NCBI GenBank assembly: GCA_964016885.1
Contig: CAXHJY010000940.1
Span: 1 to 64,000 of the forward strand
Source of the DNA: Eledone cirrhosa
Lineage: Eukaryota
Direction: 5' to 3'
Length of the DNA stretch: 64,000 nt
Position numbers and translations under genes: made by a program. The notes under the pieces were generated by a model. The model saw only the letters and a list, made by a program, of their open reading frames with translations. It did not search any database and was not told the origin of the DNA. Position 1 is the stretch's first letter. Every line of letters begins with the position of its first letter. Positions 1-14,158 of the stretch are shown here, piece after piece.

Positions 1-187
1 CTTCCCTAGTGTTGCAGCCATGATAGAATGCATCAAGTACACTTTGTAAAGTGTCGATATGTAAGCAAGGTGCAACTCCCAGTCCATCTGAGGAACTGAA
101 CTCAGAACATAAAGAGCTGGAACTCTTCAATGCATTTGTCCAACATTCTAACAGCTTTGCCAGTCTACTGCCCTATAATTCTTTCTA

Positions 188-352
188 AAATTGGTCGAAT
201 GTCAAAAATTTGGGGTAAGGAGAAAGTTGATTATATTGATCCAGTATTTGACTGGTACTTTATTGACCCCAGAATCCAAGTGGTTGGATTTGAACTCAGA
301 ACAAATGCAACTATACCCAACATTCTATCAATTCTGCTAATCCACCCCACCA
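188..352 (-). mobile_element. tRNA-derived SINE family A (degenerate copy)
   Basis: Reverse-strand match to the family-A core GGTACTTTATT..GACCCC..GGATTTGAACTCAG that recurs about 20 times in the window; boundaries approximate. Confidence 0.65.
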
Positions 353-812
353 GATGATGATGATGACGACGATGATGATGGTGGTAATGATGATGATGAT
401 AATGATGGTGGTGGTGGTGGTGGTGGTGGTGGTGGTTGGTGGTGCTGGCCATGATGGTGATAATGATGATGATAATGGTAATGGGGTGTTGATGATGATG
501 ATGATGATAATGATGATGATGATAATGACAACAAAGATCTCCAGAAATTGGAACCAAGATACATAAATCTAGCAAAACACAATAAAATAAAATAAACCCC
601 AGCAAAAAAAAAATATATATATATATATATATATTCTTCACATGGAATTAATTCCTATTTCCTCTTCTATTGAAAATGCTAGAGAATACCTCGCAGTATC
701 CACTATATCGGTTGTTATATAGTTCTACATTACAATAAAGTTTTTTGTTTTTTTTTAATCTCTTTAGATTTCCTAATATAATCTTTCCGAATAAAAATGA
801 AAAAAAAAAATG

Positions 813-866
<54 letters not shown>

Positions 867-1456
867 AATGCAGTCATTAAACCTTATACAATTTAGCAAT
901 TTTCTGTATGGAAATTTCAAAAAGCTCTTCTGAAAATGTTCAAAATACAATTTTCTATTGTAGAAATGTTCTATTTTGTCATTGCGTGATATTCCTATCT
1001 ATTACTTCTATTTATCTGCACAAGTAAATACAGTAATTTTCTGGAAACTAATGATCTATTATTGCATTTTGCACACACAAACAGTCTACTTCTTGTGTAT
1101 GTTGTAATGCCACCATGCCTGAAATAGATAGACACAGAGACAGAGAGTGTGTGTGTATGCGTGAGAGAGAGAGAGAGCAAGAGAGAGTGAGAGAGGGGGG
1201 GAGAGAGAGGGAGGAGGGAAAGAGAGACAGAGATAATTGTGTGTGTGTGAGAGAGAGAGAGAGTGAGAGCAAGAGAAAAAGAGAGAGAGAGCAAGAGAGA
1301 GAGAGAGGGAGGGAGGGAGAGAGAGATGAAGAGAGACAGAGATAAATAGAGAAAGAGACTTATAAAGTGATAGACAACAAATAGATAGATAGACAGATAG
1401 ATAGATAATCTATGTATCTGTCTGTCTGTATGTCTATCTATCTATCTATCTATCTC

Positions 1457-2102
<646 letters not shown>

Positions 2103-2225
2103 GAATATAGACATAGAATATTCGAAAATATTCTGTATGTTTATAATAAACATTTTGAAGACCTAATCGCTATAGAATAGAATACGTCACGTATTACAAT
2201 TAGATTCTCGATAAAAGCAAGGGAA

Positions 2226-3198
2226 GTAATCTACGCGTTTCATTCTTATTAGAAATCTTCAGGACTACATATCCAGTGCTTTTATCGAGAATGACACAGC
2301 TAGAGACTTATAGAATACTTAGCTGTGTACAGGAACTGGTTTGAAAGAGCGGTTGCCGGTCCGGCAGAAATTAGAAATTGGAATAAATGCTCTGAAATAG
2401 CGATATATATGTGAATATAGACATAGAATATTCGAAAATATTCTGTATGTTTATAATAAACATTTTGAAGACCTAATCGCTATAGAATAGAATACGTCAC
2501 GTATTACAATTAGATTCTCGATAAAAGCAAGGGAAGTAATCTACGCGTTTCATTCTTATTAGAAATCTTCAGGACTACATATCCAGTGCTTTTATCGAGA
2601 ATGACACAGCTAGAGACTTATAGAATACTTAGCTGTGTACCGGAACTGGTTTGAAAGAGCGGTTGCCGGTCCGGCAGAAATTAGAAATTGGAATAAATGC
2701 TCTGAAATAGCGATATATATGTGAATATAGACATAGAATATTCGAAAATATTCTGTATGTTTATAATAAACATTTTGAAGACCTAATCGCTATAGAATAG
2801 AATACGTCACGTATTACAATTAGATTCTCGATAAAAGCAAGGGAAGTAATCTACGCGTTTCATTCTTATTAGAAATCTTCAGGACTACATATCCAGTGCT
2901 TTTATCGAGAATGACACAGCTAGAGACTTATAGAATACTTAGCTGTGTACAGGAACTGGTTTGAAAGAGCGGTTGCCGGTCCGGCAGAAATTAGAAATTG
3001 GAATAAATGCTCTGAAATAGCGATATATATGTGAATATAGACATAGAATATTCGAAAATATTCTGTATGTTTATAATAAACATTTTGAAGACCTAATCGC
3101 TATAGAATAGAATACGTCACGTATTACAATTAGATTCTCGATAAAAGCAAGGGAAGTAATCTACGCGTTTCATTCTTATTAGAAATCTTCAGGACTAC
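2226..3198 (-). ncRNA. Four type I hammerhead ribozymes (2226-2268, 2536-2578, 2846-2888, 3156-3198)
   Basis: Reverse complement of GTAGTC-CTGAAGA-T-TTCT-AATA-AGAA-T-GAAA-CGCG-TA-GATTAC in each left-arm unit. Confidence 0.85.
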
Positions 3199-3441
3199 AT
3201 ATCCAGTGCTTTTATCGAGAATGACACAGCTAGAGACTTATAGAATACTTAGCTGTGTACAGGAACTGGTTTGAAAGAGCGGTTGCCGGTCCGGCAGAAA
3301 TTAGAAATTGGAATAAATGCTCTGAAATAGCGATATATATGTGAATATAGACATAGAATATTCGAAAATATTCTGTATGTTTATAATAAACATATTCTAT
3401 AAGTCTCTAGCTGTGTCATTCTCGATAAAAGCACTGGATAT

Positions 3442-5344
3442 GTAGTCCTGAAGATTTCTAATAAGAATGAAACGCGTAGATTACTTCCCTTGCTTTTATC
3501 GAGAATCTAATTGTAATACGTGACGTATTCTATTCTATAGCGATTAGGTCTTCAAAATGTTTATTATAAACATACAGAATATTTTCGAATATTCTATGTC
3601 TATATTCACATATATATCGCTATTTCAGAGCATTTATTCCAATTTCTAATTTCTGCCGGACCGGCAACCGCTCTTTCAAACCAGTTCCTGTACACAGCTA
3701 AGTATTCTATAAGTCTCTAGCTGTGTCATTCTCGATAAAAGCACTGGATATGTAGTCCTGAAGATTTCTAATAAGAATGAAACGCGTAGATTACTTCCCT
3801 TGCTTTTATCGAGAATCTAATTGTAATACGTGACGTATTCTATTCTATAGCGATTAGGTCTTCAAAATGTTTATTATAAACATACAGAATATTTTCGAAT
3901 ATTCTATGTCTATATTCACATATATATCGCTATTTCAGAGCATTTATTCCAATTTCTAATTTCTGCCGGACCGGCAACCGCTCTTTCAAACCAGTTCCTG
4001 TACACAGCTAAGTATTCTATAAGTCTCTAGCTGTGTCATTCTCGATAAAAGCACTGGATATGTAGTCCTGAAGATTTCTAATAAGAATGAAACGCGTAGA
4101 TTACTTCCCTTGCTTTTATCGAGAATCTAATTGTAATACGTGACGTATTCTATTCTATAGCGATTAGGTCTTCAAAATGTTTATTATAAACATACAGAAT
4201 ATTTTCGAATATTCTATGTCTATATTCACATATATATCGCTATTTCAGAGCATTTATTCCAATTTCTAATTTCTGCCGGACCGGCAACCGCTCTTTCAAA
4301 CCAGTTCCTGTACACAGCTAAGTATTCTATAAGTCTCTAGCTGTGTCATTCTCGATAAAAGCACTGGATATGTAGTCCTGAAGATTTCTAATAAGAATGA
4401 AACGCGTAGATTACTTCCCTTGCTTTTATCGAGAATCTAATTGTAATACGTGACGTATTCTATTCTATAGCGATTAGGTCTTCAAAATGTTTATTATAAA
4501 CATACAGAATATTTTCGAATATTCTATGTCTATATTCACATATATATCGCTATTTCAGAGCATTTATTCCAATTTCTAATTTCTGCCGGACCGGCAACCG
4601 CTCTTTCAAACCAGTTCCTGTACACAGCTAAGTATTCTATAAGTCTCTAGCTGTGTCATTCTCGATAAAAGCACTGGATATGTAGTCCTGAAGATTTCTA
4701 ATAAGAATGAAACGCGTAGATTACTTCCCTTGCTTTTATCGAGAATCTAATTGTAATACGTGACGTATTCTATTCTATAGCGATTAGGTCTTCAAAATGT
4801 TTATTATAAACATACAGAATATTTTCGAATATTCTATGTCTATATTCACATATATATCGCTATTTCAGAGCATTTATTCCAATTTCTAATTTCTGCCGGA
4901 CCGGCAACCGCTCTTTCAAACCAGTTCCTGTACACAGCTAAGTATTCTATAAGTCTCTAGCTGTGTCATTCTCGATAAAAGCACTGGATATGTAGTCCTG
5001 AAGATTTCTAATAAGAATGAAACGCGTAGATTACTTCCCTTGCTTTTATCGAGAATCTAATTGTAATACGTGACGTATTCTATTCTATAGCGATTAGGTC
5101 TTCAAAATGTTTATTATAAACATACAGAATATTTTCGAATATTCTATGTCTATATTCACATATATATCGCTATTTCAGAGCATTTATTCCAATTTCTAAT
5201 TTCTGCCGGACCGGCAACCGCTCTTTCAAACCAGTTCCTGTACACAGCTAAGTATTCTATAAGTCTCTAGCTGTGTCATTCTCGATAAAAGCACTGGATA
5301 TGTAGTCCTGAAGATTTCTAATAAGAATGAAACGCGTAGATTAC
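3442..5344 (+). ncRNA. Seven type I hammerhead ribozymes (3442-3484 and every +310 bp to 5302-5344)
   Basis: Stem I GTAGTC/GATTAC, core CTGAAGA (3448-3454), stem II TTCT/AGAA, GAAA (3469-3472), palindromic stem III ACGCGT, predicted cleavage after GUA (A3478). Stem I is extended by a perfect 16-bp helix (3418-3433/3491-3506). Confidence 0.85.
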
Positions 5345-5506
5345 TTCCCTTGCTTTTATCGAGAATCTAATTGTAATACGTGACGTATTCTATTCTATAG
5401 CGATTAGGTCTTCAAAATGTTTATTATAAACATACAGAATATTTTCGAATATTCTATGTCTATATTCACATATATATCGCTATTTCAGAGCATTTATTCC
5501 AATATG

Positions 5507-5639
<133 letters not shown>

Positions 5640-5851
5640 GTATGTATGTATCATCATCATCATCATTTCATTTTACGTCCGCTTTTCCCTGCTTGCAAGG
5701 GTGGGACGGGAACTGATTCTGGCTTGATTTCTACAGCTGGATGCCCTTCCTAACACCAACCTCATTTACAGTGAGTGCTGGGTGCTTTTTTGCCGTGGCA
5801 CCTACACGACCACTTTGCAGTGGAATGATAAGGACCTCAGTCCCTATCATC

Positions 5852-5994
5852 TCATTTCTACAGCTGAGTAAACTGGAGCAATTTGAAATAAAGTGTCTTG
5901 CTCAAGGAAACAACACACCACCCGGTCTGAGAATTGAACTCACAACCTTTCGATTGCAAGGCCAATGCTCTAACCACTAAGCCATGTGCCTCCA
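5852..5994 (-). mobile_element. tRNA-derived SINE family B
   Basis: Minus strand reads TGGCTTAGTGGTTAG (A box), GAGTTCAATTC (B-box-like), then CCTTGAGCAAGACACTT core. Confidence 0.75.
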
Positions 5995-6021
5995 TATATA
6001 TATATACATATATACATATAT

Positions 6022-6193
<172 letters not shown>

Positions 6194-6207
6194 ATATATA
6201 TATATAG

Positions 6208-6545
6208 TGACCTAGAGGTAAGAGTGTTGTACCTACGATCATACTGTCGTGGGTTCGATTCCTGGGTTGCGTGTTGTGTTCTTGAGCAAAACACTTCATT
6301 TCACGTTGCTCCAGTATACTCAGCTGGAAATGAGTACCAGCAATAGCTGGGGGTTTAACCCTGCGATGGACTGGCGTCCTGTCCAGGGGGGAGTCTTGTA
6401 CTTTCAGTCGCTTCACGCCATATATATATATATTGGCCTTGCAATCAAAAGGTTGTAAGTTCAATTCTCAGACCGGGTGATGTGTTGTTTCCTTGAGCAA
6501 GACACTTTATTTCACATTGCTCCAGTTTACTCAGCTGTAGAAAGA
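6208..6545 (+). mobile_element. SINE family B, two adjacent fragments
   Basis: GGGTTCGATTCC B box and CTTGAGCAAAACACTT core; 6432-6545 is an inverted copy of part of 5852-5994. Confidence 0.7.
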
Positions 6546-6614
6546 TAGACAATCAGACAGACAGACAGCTAGACAAACAATCATACAGCCAAGCAGATAG
6601 ACAGATAGATAGAT

Positions 6615-6991
6615 ATGTTTCTTTATTAGCCACAGGGGCAGAAAAGAAGGGGACAAATACAAAGGGGGAAGTTTACATACAATAAAAACGTGTAAAATGT
6701 TATCACAAATGGAATTTAAAAAGTTAGTCGATTTTCCCCAATAGGGGGAGACACTTTATATGGGTAACACATACCCCCGAAAAAATGTGCAACCCTCATC
6801 TCCAGGAGTACGAAGAGTTTGTACCCCTTTCCTCTCCTCCTCCTTTTCCTCAACCTACAGGCTGATATAGAGAGAAGGCCCATTCACTCGGGCCATTCTC
6901 GCCACTTTCACCCACCTTTCATAAAACTTGCTGGGGTACAGCACCTCTCTCTCCATCCTGATTCTTCTTCCAAAATGGTATTTGAAAAAAA
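6615..6991 (-). mobile_element. 3' end of an L1/Tx1-like LINE
   Basis: Minus strand encodes FFKYHFGRRIRMEREVLYPSKFYERWVKVARMARVNGPSLYISL*, then a 3' UTR ending AATAAAG. Clade assignment is from motif resemblance only. Confidence 0.5.
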
Positions 6992-7099
6992 GAATCAGTT
7001 GACAGATAGACAGATAGATAGAGAAGGAGAGGGAAAGAGAGTCATAAAGACAGAAAGAGAGGAGACAGACAGAATGATACAGAGACAGAGAGAAACATA

Positions 7100-7553
7100 G
7101 AGATCAACTGACAGTCAGAGAGAGATAGATAGATAGAGATAGAGAGAGAGAGGAGGAGAGAGGGAGGAGAGAGTGTGTGAGGGAGACAGAGAGTGTGGGA
7201 CAGAGAGAAAGTGTGTGTGGGAGAGGGAGAGAGGGGGGGAGAAATAGAGAGAAAGAGAGAGTTTGTAAGAGAAAGAGAGATAGATAGATAGAGAGAGGAG
7301 AGAGACGAGAGTGTTTGTGTGTGAGAGAGAGGAGAGAGGGTGTGTGAGAGAGAGAGGAGAGAGGAGAGAGGGTGTGTGTGTGAGAGAGAGAGAAGAGAGA
7401 GGGTGTGTGAGAGAGAGAGGAGAGAGGGTGTGTGAGAGAGAGGAGAGAGGAGAGAGGGTGTGTGAGAAGAGAGAGGGGGAGAGAGAGGCAGGAGAAAGAT
7501 GGGAGAGAGAGGAGATAGAAGAGGGGAGAGAGAGAGGAGAGGGAGAGTGTGTA

Positions 7554-7589
<36 letters not shown>

Positions 7590-7797
7590 ATAGAGAGAGA
7601 AAGAGAGAGTGTATCTGTGTGAAAGAGAGCGAGAGATAAATAGAGAGAGAAAGAGAGAGTGTATGTGTGAGAGAGAGAGAGAGATAAATAGAGAGAGGAA
7701 GAGAGAGTGTATGTGTGTGAGAGAGAGCGAGAGATAAATAGAGAGAAAGAGAGAGTGTATGTGTGAGAGAGAGCGAGAGATAAATAGAGAGATAAAG

Positions 7798-7829
<32 letters not shown>

Positions 7830-8520
7830 ATAAATTGAGTGAAAGAGAGAGTGTATGTGTGTGAGAGAGAGAGAGATAAATAGAGAGAGAAAGAGAGAGT
7901 GTATGTGTGTGAGAGAGAGCGAGAGATAAATAGAGAGAGAAAGAGAGAGTGTATGTGTTTGAGAGAGAGAGAGAGAGATAAATAGAGAGAGAAAGAGAGA
8001 GTGTATGTGTGTGAGAGAGAGAGAGATAAATAGAGAGAGAAAGAGAGAGTGTATGTGTTTGAGAGAGAGAGAGAGAGATAAATAGAGAGAGAAAGAGAGA
8101 GTGTATGTGTGTGAGAGAGAGCGAGAGATAAATAGAGAGAGAAAGAGAGTGTATGTGTGAGAGAGAGAGAGAGAGATAAATAGAGAGAAAGAGAGAGTGT
8201 ATGTGTGAGAGAGAGAGAGAGATAAATAGAGAGAGAAAGAGAGAGTGTATGTGTGTGAGAGAGAGAGAGATAAATAGAGAGAGAAAGAGAGAGTGTATGT
8301 GTGTGAGAGAGAGAAAGAGAGAGTGTATGTGTGTGAGAGAGAGAGAGATAAATAGAGAGAGAAAGAGAGAGTGTATGTGTGTGAGAGAGAGCGAGAGATA
8401 AATAGAGAGAGAAAGAGAGAGGTAAATAGAGAGAGAAAGAGAGAGTGTATGTGTGTGAGAGAGAGAGAGGTAAATAGAGAGAGAAAGAGAGAGTGTATGT
8501 GTGTGAGAAAGAGCGAGAGA
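7100..8520. repeat. (GA)n-derived minisatellite
   Basis: Repeating GAGAGATAAATAGAGAGAGAAAGAGAGAGTGTATGTGTGT-type units. Confidence 0.9.
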
Positions 8521-8624
8521 TACAACACTAAAGTAAAAAATATATTTCTCTGATGTTTGTCTTTTTATTTCTGCCAAACTATTCAAAAGCAATCATTGGT
8601 AATTATTCTCATTGTTTTATCTCT

Positions 8625-9978
8625 CCACACCACACCACTACACTACACCCCACACCACACCACACCACTACACTACACCACACCACACTATACTACACCA
8701 CCACCACACCACTACACGACACCCCACAGCACACCACACTACACACTACTACACCACACTACACTACACCACCACACCAATACACTACACTACACTACAC
8801 CCCACACCACACCACACTACACTACACCACCACACCACTACACCACACACCACTACACCACTACACCACACTACACTACACCACCACACCACTCCACACC
8901 ACACCACACTACACTACAACACCACCACACCACACTACACTACACCACCACCCCACACCACTACACCACCACACTACACTACAACACCACCACACTACCA
9001 CACTACACCACACCACCACACCACACCACTACACCACCACACCACACTACACTACACCACCACACCACACCACCACACTACACCACACTACACTACACCA
9101 CACCACCACACCACCACACCACTACACTACCTCACCATACCCCTCACACCACACTACTACACCACCACCACACCACACCACTCCAATACACCATATCACA
9201 CCACCACACCACACCAATACACCATACCACACTACTACACCACCACCACACCACACTACTACACCACCACCACCACACCACCACTACACCATACCACACT
9301 ACTACACCACCACCACACCACACCACCACTACACCACACCACACTACTACACCATACCACACTACTACACCACCACCACACCACACTATCACACCACCAC
9401 CACACCACACTACTACACCACCACCACACCACACTATTACACCACCACACCACCACACTACTACACCACCACTACACCATACCACACTACTACACCACCA
9501 CCACACCACACTACTACACCACCACCACACCACACTATTACACCACCACACCACCACACTACTACACCACCACTACACCACCACACCACCACTACACCAT
9601 ACCACACTACTACACCACACCACACTATTACACCACCACACTACTACACCACCACTACACCATACCACACTACTACACTCCCACACCACCACACCACACT
9701 ACTACACCACCACCACACCACCACACTACTACACCAGCACCGCACCACACCACCACTACACCATACCACACTACCACTACACCACACCACCACCACACCA
9801 TCACCACCACACCACACTACTACACCACCACACCACACTACTACACCACCACACCACCACACTACTACACCACCACACCACCACCACCACACCACACTAC
9901 TACACCACCACACCACCATCACCACACCACACTACTACACCACCACACCACCACACTACTACACCACCACAACCCACC
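8625..9978. repeat. CACCA/CACTA low-complexity tandem repeat
   Basis: Degenerate CAC/CACCA/CACTA runs; source of the spurious His/Thr ORFs. Confidence 0.9.
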
Positions 9979-10044
9979 AATAGTTTGTCTGATATTCATC
10001 ATATAAATCTCTTCATTGATTTATCCATGTCTATTGGTTTATAA

Positions 10045-11030
10045 TTGTTGTTGTTATATACCAACACAGTTGTTGTTGTTGTTGTTATATACCAACAGAG
10101 TCGTCGTTGTTGTTATATACCAACACAGTTGTTGTTGTTGTTGTTATATACCAACACAGTTGTTGTTGTTGTTATATACCAACAGAGTCGTCGTTGTTGT
10201 TATATACCAACACAGTTGTTGTTGTTGTTGTTATATACCAACACAGTTGTTGTTGTTGTTATATACCAACAGAGTCGTCGTTGTTGTTATATACCAACAC
10301 AGTTGTTGTTGTTGTTGTTATATACCAACACAGTCGTCGTTGTTGTTATATACCAACACAGTCGTCGTTGTTGTTGTTGTTGTTATATACCAACACAGTC
10401 GTCGGTGTTGTTGTTGTTGTTATATACCAACACAGTCGTCGTCGTTGTTGTTGTTATATACCAACAGAGTCGTCGTTGTTGTTGTTGTTGTTATATACCA
10501 ACACAGTCGTCGTCGGTGTTGTTGTTGTTATATACCAACACAGTCGTCGTCGTTGTTGTTGTTGTTGTTATATACCAACAGAGTCGTCGTTGTTGTTGTT
10601 GTTATATACCAACAGAGTCGTCGTTGTTGTTGTTGTTATATACCAACACAGTCATTGCTGTTGTTGTTGTTGTTATATACCAACAGAGTAATTGCTGTTG
10701 TTGTTGTTACTGTGCTTGATTAGTTGCTATTGTTTTTTGTTGTCGTTGTTAATATATACCAAAACAGTTGTTGTTGTTATAGTTGTCGTTAATACATAAC
10801 AAAACAGTTGTTGTTGTTGTTGTTAATACATATTAAATTAGCTCATCTTATTTTGACTGTTGTTATTGCCATTGTTGTTAATACCCGTTGTTATTGTTGT
10901 TATTGTTGCTGTTAATAGTTACTAAAATAGCTGTTGTTGTTGTTAATATATACCAAAACAGTCGTTGTTATTATTGTTGTTGTTAATATATACCAAAACA
11001 GTCGTTGTTGTTGTTGTTATTGTCGTTGTT
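10045..11030. repeat. TTATATACCAACACAG-(TTG)n minisatellite
   Basis: Repeating units; the array resumes at about 11655-12183 after the CRE-like insert. Confidence 0.9.
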
Positions 11031-11039
11031 AAATACAAT

Positions 11040-11654
11040 GAAAGATATATTCCTTCAATGCTACAATATTAAAGAAAATGTAAAGGAAGGGGTGAACAAC
11101 GGAGCCAACACCAGAGCAAAAGACAGCAACGTCGCGAGTACTGGGCAACCTCTCTAATGATGTTTGAGACAAGCCAGCACACTCGCAGCGTTGCCTCGGG
11201 TGATGGCGAGGCTGATGCGCTGAAACAGCCAAGCACCCTCGCGAGATTCGCCAGTCACCTCTATTAGGCGAGCCGCCAGTGAGGAAAGGAACCTCGCAGT
11301 CAGCGGCCCGACTCCCCCAAACGTCTCGAAAGCCACAAGCTGAAAAATGTAGCTGGCCGACAGATCAGAGTATTTGAGAGTCTAGCTCCGCTCGGCTGCA
11401 GAAGCTGTGACTCTCGTCCTAACCGCAGCATCCAGGATGTGGGAAAGAGCAAAAGTGTCACTAACAGTGACGTCCCAGACAAGGCACCTGCCTCTCGACA
11501 GGGTAAGACTGTCAAGTCTTTTGCCGTCACTTCTGGACAACCCAGATGGTTCCAAGACTGAGGGGATATTCGCCCGGGCCAAAGCTCTCTTCAGAATGAG
11601 GTTTAGCTCCGTGTGACGCGCGAAGCGGCCGGCATTCAGGCGGCAAGAAAGACC
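11040..11654 (-). mobile_element. 5'-truncated CRE-like (restriction-like endonuclease) non-LTR retrotransposon
   Basis: One frame with a stop at 11382-11384: LSCR..RHTELN..LEPSGLSRSDGKRLD..WDVT..AFETFG..QRISLAITRGNAASV*. These are RLE-domain C-terminal motifs, followed by a 3' UTR. Confidence 0.8.
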
Positions 11655-12849
11655 GTTGCTGTTGTCGTTATTGTCGTTGTTAATATATACCAAAACAGTC
11701 GTTGTTGTTGCTGTTGTTGTTATTGTCGTTGTTAATATATACCAACACAGTCGTTGTTGTTGCTGTTGTTGTTATTGTCGTTGTTAATATATACCAACAC
11801 AGTCGTTGTTGTTGCTGTTGTTGTTATTGTCGTTGTTAATATATACCAAAACAGTCGTTGTTATTGTAAATATACTAAAATAGTCACTGTCGTTGTTGTT
11901 ATTGTTATTGTTGTTGTTATTGTCGTTATTGTAAATATACTAAAATAGTCACTGTCGTTGTTGTTATTGTTATTGTTGTTGTTATTGTCGTTATTGTAAA
12001 TATACTAAAATAGTCACTGTCGTTGTTGTTATTGTCGTTGTTGTTGTTATTGTCGTTGTTGTTGTTATTGTCGTTGTTAATATATACCAACACAGTCGTT
12101 GTCGTTGTTGTTATTGTCGTTGTTAATATATACCAACACAGTCGTTGTCGTTGTTGTTATTGTCGTTGTTAATATATACCAAAGCATCCAAACGTTGTGG
12201 TCGTCTTTTACAACTGGAATGGTAATTTTCTTCATCTAAATTCTTACATGAGTGAATCTAGTTTTTCAGAGTACCACTTAAAGAAGAATTTCGTGGCACA
12301 CTTACATAAGCGATGTAATTATTGCTTTTTTAGAAATATGTTTCCTTTTGATGTATATGGCATGCATCTTATCTTGAGAGCTTTCCAGAAAACCAGATGA
12401 CAGTGTGCATGTATGTGAGTGTCTTTGTTTGTTTGTATGTATATGTGTGTTTGTGTCTGTTTGTGTGTGTGTTTGTGTGTCTTTGTGTATGTGTGTTTGT
12501 GTGCATGCGTGTGTTTGTGTGTGTGTGTATTTGTGTGTATGTCTGTTTGTGTGTGTGCCTATATACATACATATATTCACACACACACACACACACACAT
12601 GAATGTAAATAAACCCACGTACCCACACCCACAGATAAGAGATGTTACCAGTTAAGACTAGAAAGACAATTGTTCCATTTAGTATTCCATACATAAGAAA
12701 AATAGAATATAAATAATTACTGTAGGAGAAAATGCTTTGAAACGGTTTAAGCTTGACCGGCTGGCAGTCTATTCTATAAAAATAATTATTCACAGCTGTA
12801 TAAAAAAGAAATATAGTAATATAATGTTTGCTGAACGAAAGCACAATCA

Positions 12850-13115
12850 AATAATAATATAAAGGGAAGGCAAAACAAAAAAGGAAAGAGGAAAAGAAAG
12901 ACAAACAAACACAACACTGAAGTTAGCACACACAACTAGGACCACATACAACAAAAGGCAGGCAAAAGGGGTGGACAAACGAACCGCTACCAGAATAAAA
13001 GATAACAGAATCGCAAGGAGGACTGAGAAACCTCTCTAATGACATTTTAGGCAAGCCAGCACACTCGCGGCGTTACTTCAAGTGATGGCGAGGTTGAGGT
13101 GCTGGAACAACCAAT
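12850..13115 (-). mobile_element. Short 3' fragment of the same CRE-like family
   Basis: AACCTCTCTAATGA..CAAGCCAGCACACTCGCGGCGTT matches 11147-11230. Weaker fragments lie at about 23905-23980 and 37645-37790 (+). Confidence 0.65.
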
Positions 13116-13475
13116 GGCACAAGGCCAGCAATTTGAAGGCGAGGAAGGAAAATCGATTAAATCAACCTCAATGCATTATTGGTACTTTATTTTATCGAGG
13201 CAAAGTTGACCTCAGCGGGATTTGAACTCTAAACATAAAGAGTTGGAACAAATACAGCAAAGCGTTTGTTTGTTGCTCTAATGACAGTCAATCCATAATA
13301 ATGATAATAATAATAATAATGGTTTCGGATTTAGGCACAAGGCCAACAATTTTGGGGCAGGGGAAAGTCAATTAAATCTACCTCAGTGTGCCACTGGTAC
13401 TTTATTTTATCAACCCCCGTAAGGATGAAGAGCAAAGCTAACCTCGATGGGATTTGAACTCAGAACATAAAGAAT
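13116..13475 (-). mobile_element. Two SINE family A copies
   Basis: GGCACAAGGCCAGCAATT...GGTACTTTATTTTATC...GGGATTTGAACTC occurs twice. Confidence 0.75.
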
Positions 13476-13688
13476 CCACTTTGTTACAAACATTCAGACT
13501 ATCTATCTAACATATACATATATATAAAAAATGTGGGTAATTAAGAACATTTAATTACTAACGATCATTTCATCCAAGAACATTCTCTTATATGAATGTT
13601 AATATTTATTGTTTATGCTTTCTTCCCATATTGTGTATCCCCGGAATGTTCTTTGACAAGTTTATCTATGTTTTAACCTTTGATTTAC

Positions 13689-13733
13689 ACTCGGATGATT
13701 CCGGCCCTGTGCTTGGATGAAACAATCATTAGT
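13689..13733 (+). ncRNA. Degenerate hammerhead motif in a Penelope-type LTR fragment
   Basis: ACT-CGGATGA-T-TCC..GGA-T-GAAA-CAATCA-TT-AGT. An inverted partial copy (13541-13578) reads GAAA-TGATCG-TT. Core U4 is mutated. Confidence 0.45.
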
Positions 13734-14113
13734 AATTAAATGTTCTTAAACACTCTTTGATTGTTATATATAAAGTATATATATATATATATATATATAT
13801 CATCATCATCATCATCATCATATATATATACAAATAAAGATTCAGCGAGAATCGCATTTCGGCGGACAGGAAAAGCGAAGCGAAACGCAAAAATCAGAAA
13901 TGATACTGGCAAAGTGCTCAATAGTTAAAAACCAGAGCTAAACAATGTGTTAAGAAGTCATACAAAACTGAAAAGGTGGTCAAGAAGGCATTAACCACCC
14001 AAGCCAAATATAACCTCTGCATATATATATATATCATCATCATCATCATCATTTAATATATATATATATGTTATGGAATACTGTTAGCTTCTTGCTACAA
14101 CAATTTCTATACT

Positions 14114-14158
<45 letters not shown>

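Noticed and set aside
5852-5994. tRNA gene
   Set aside because: The A/B boxes run into a SINE body found in several copies, and I find no complete cloverleaf.
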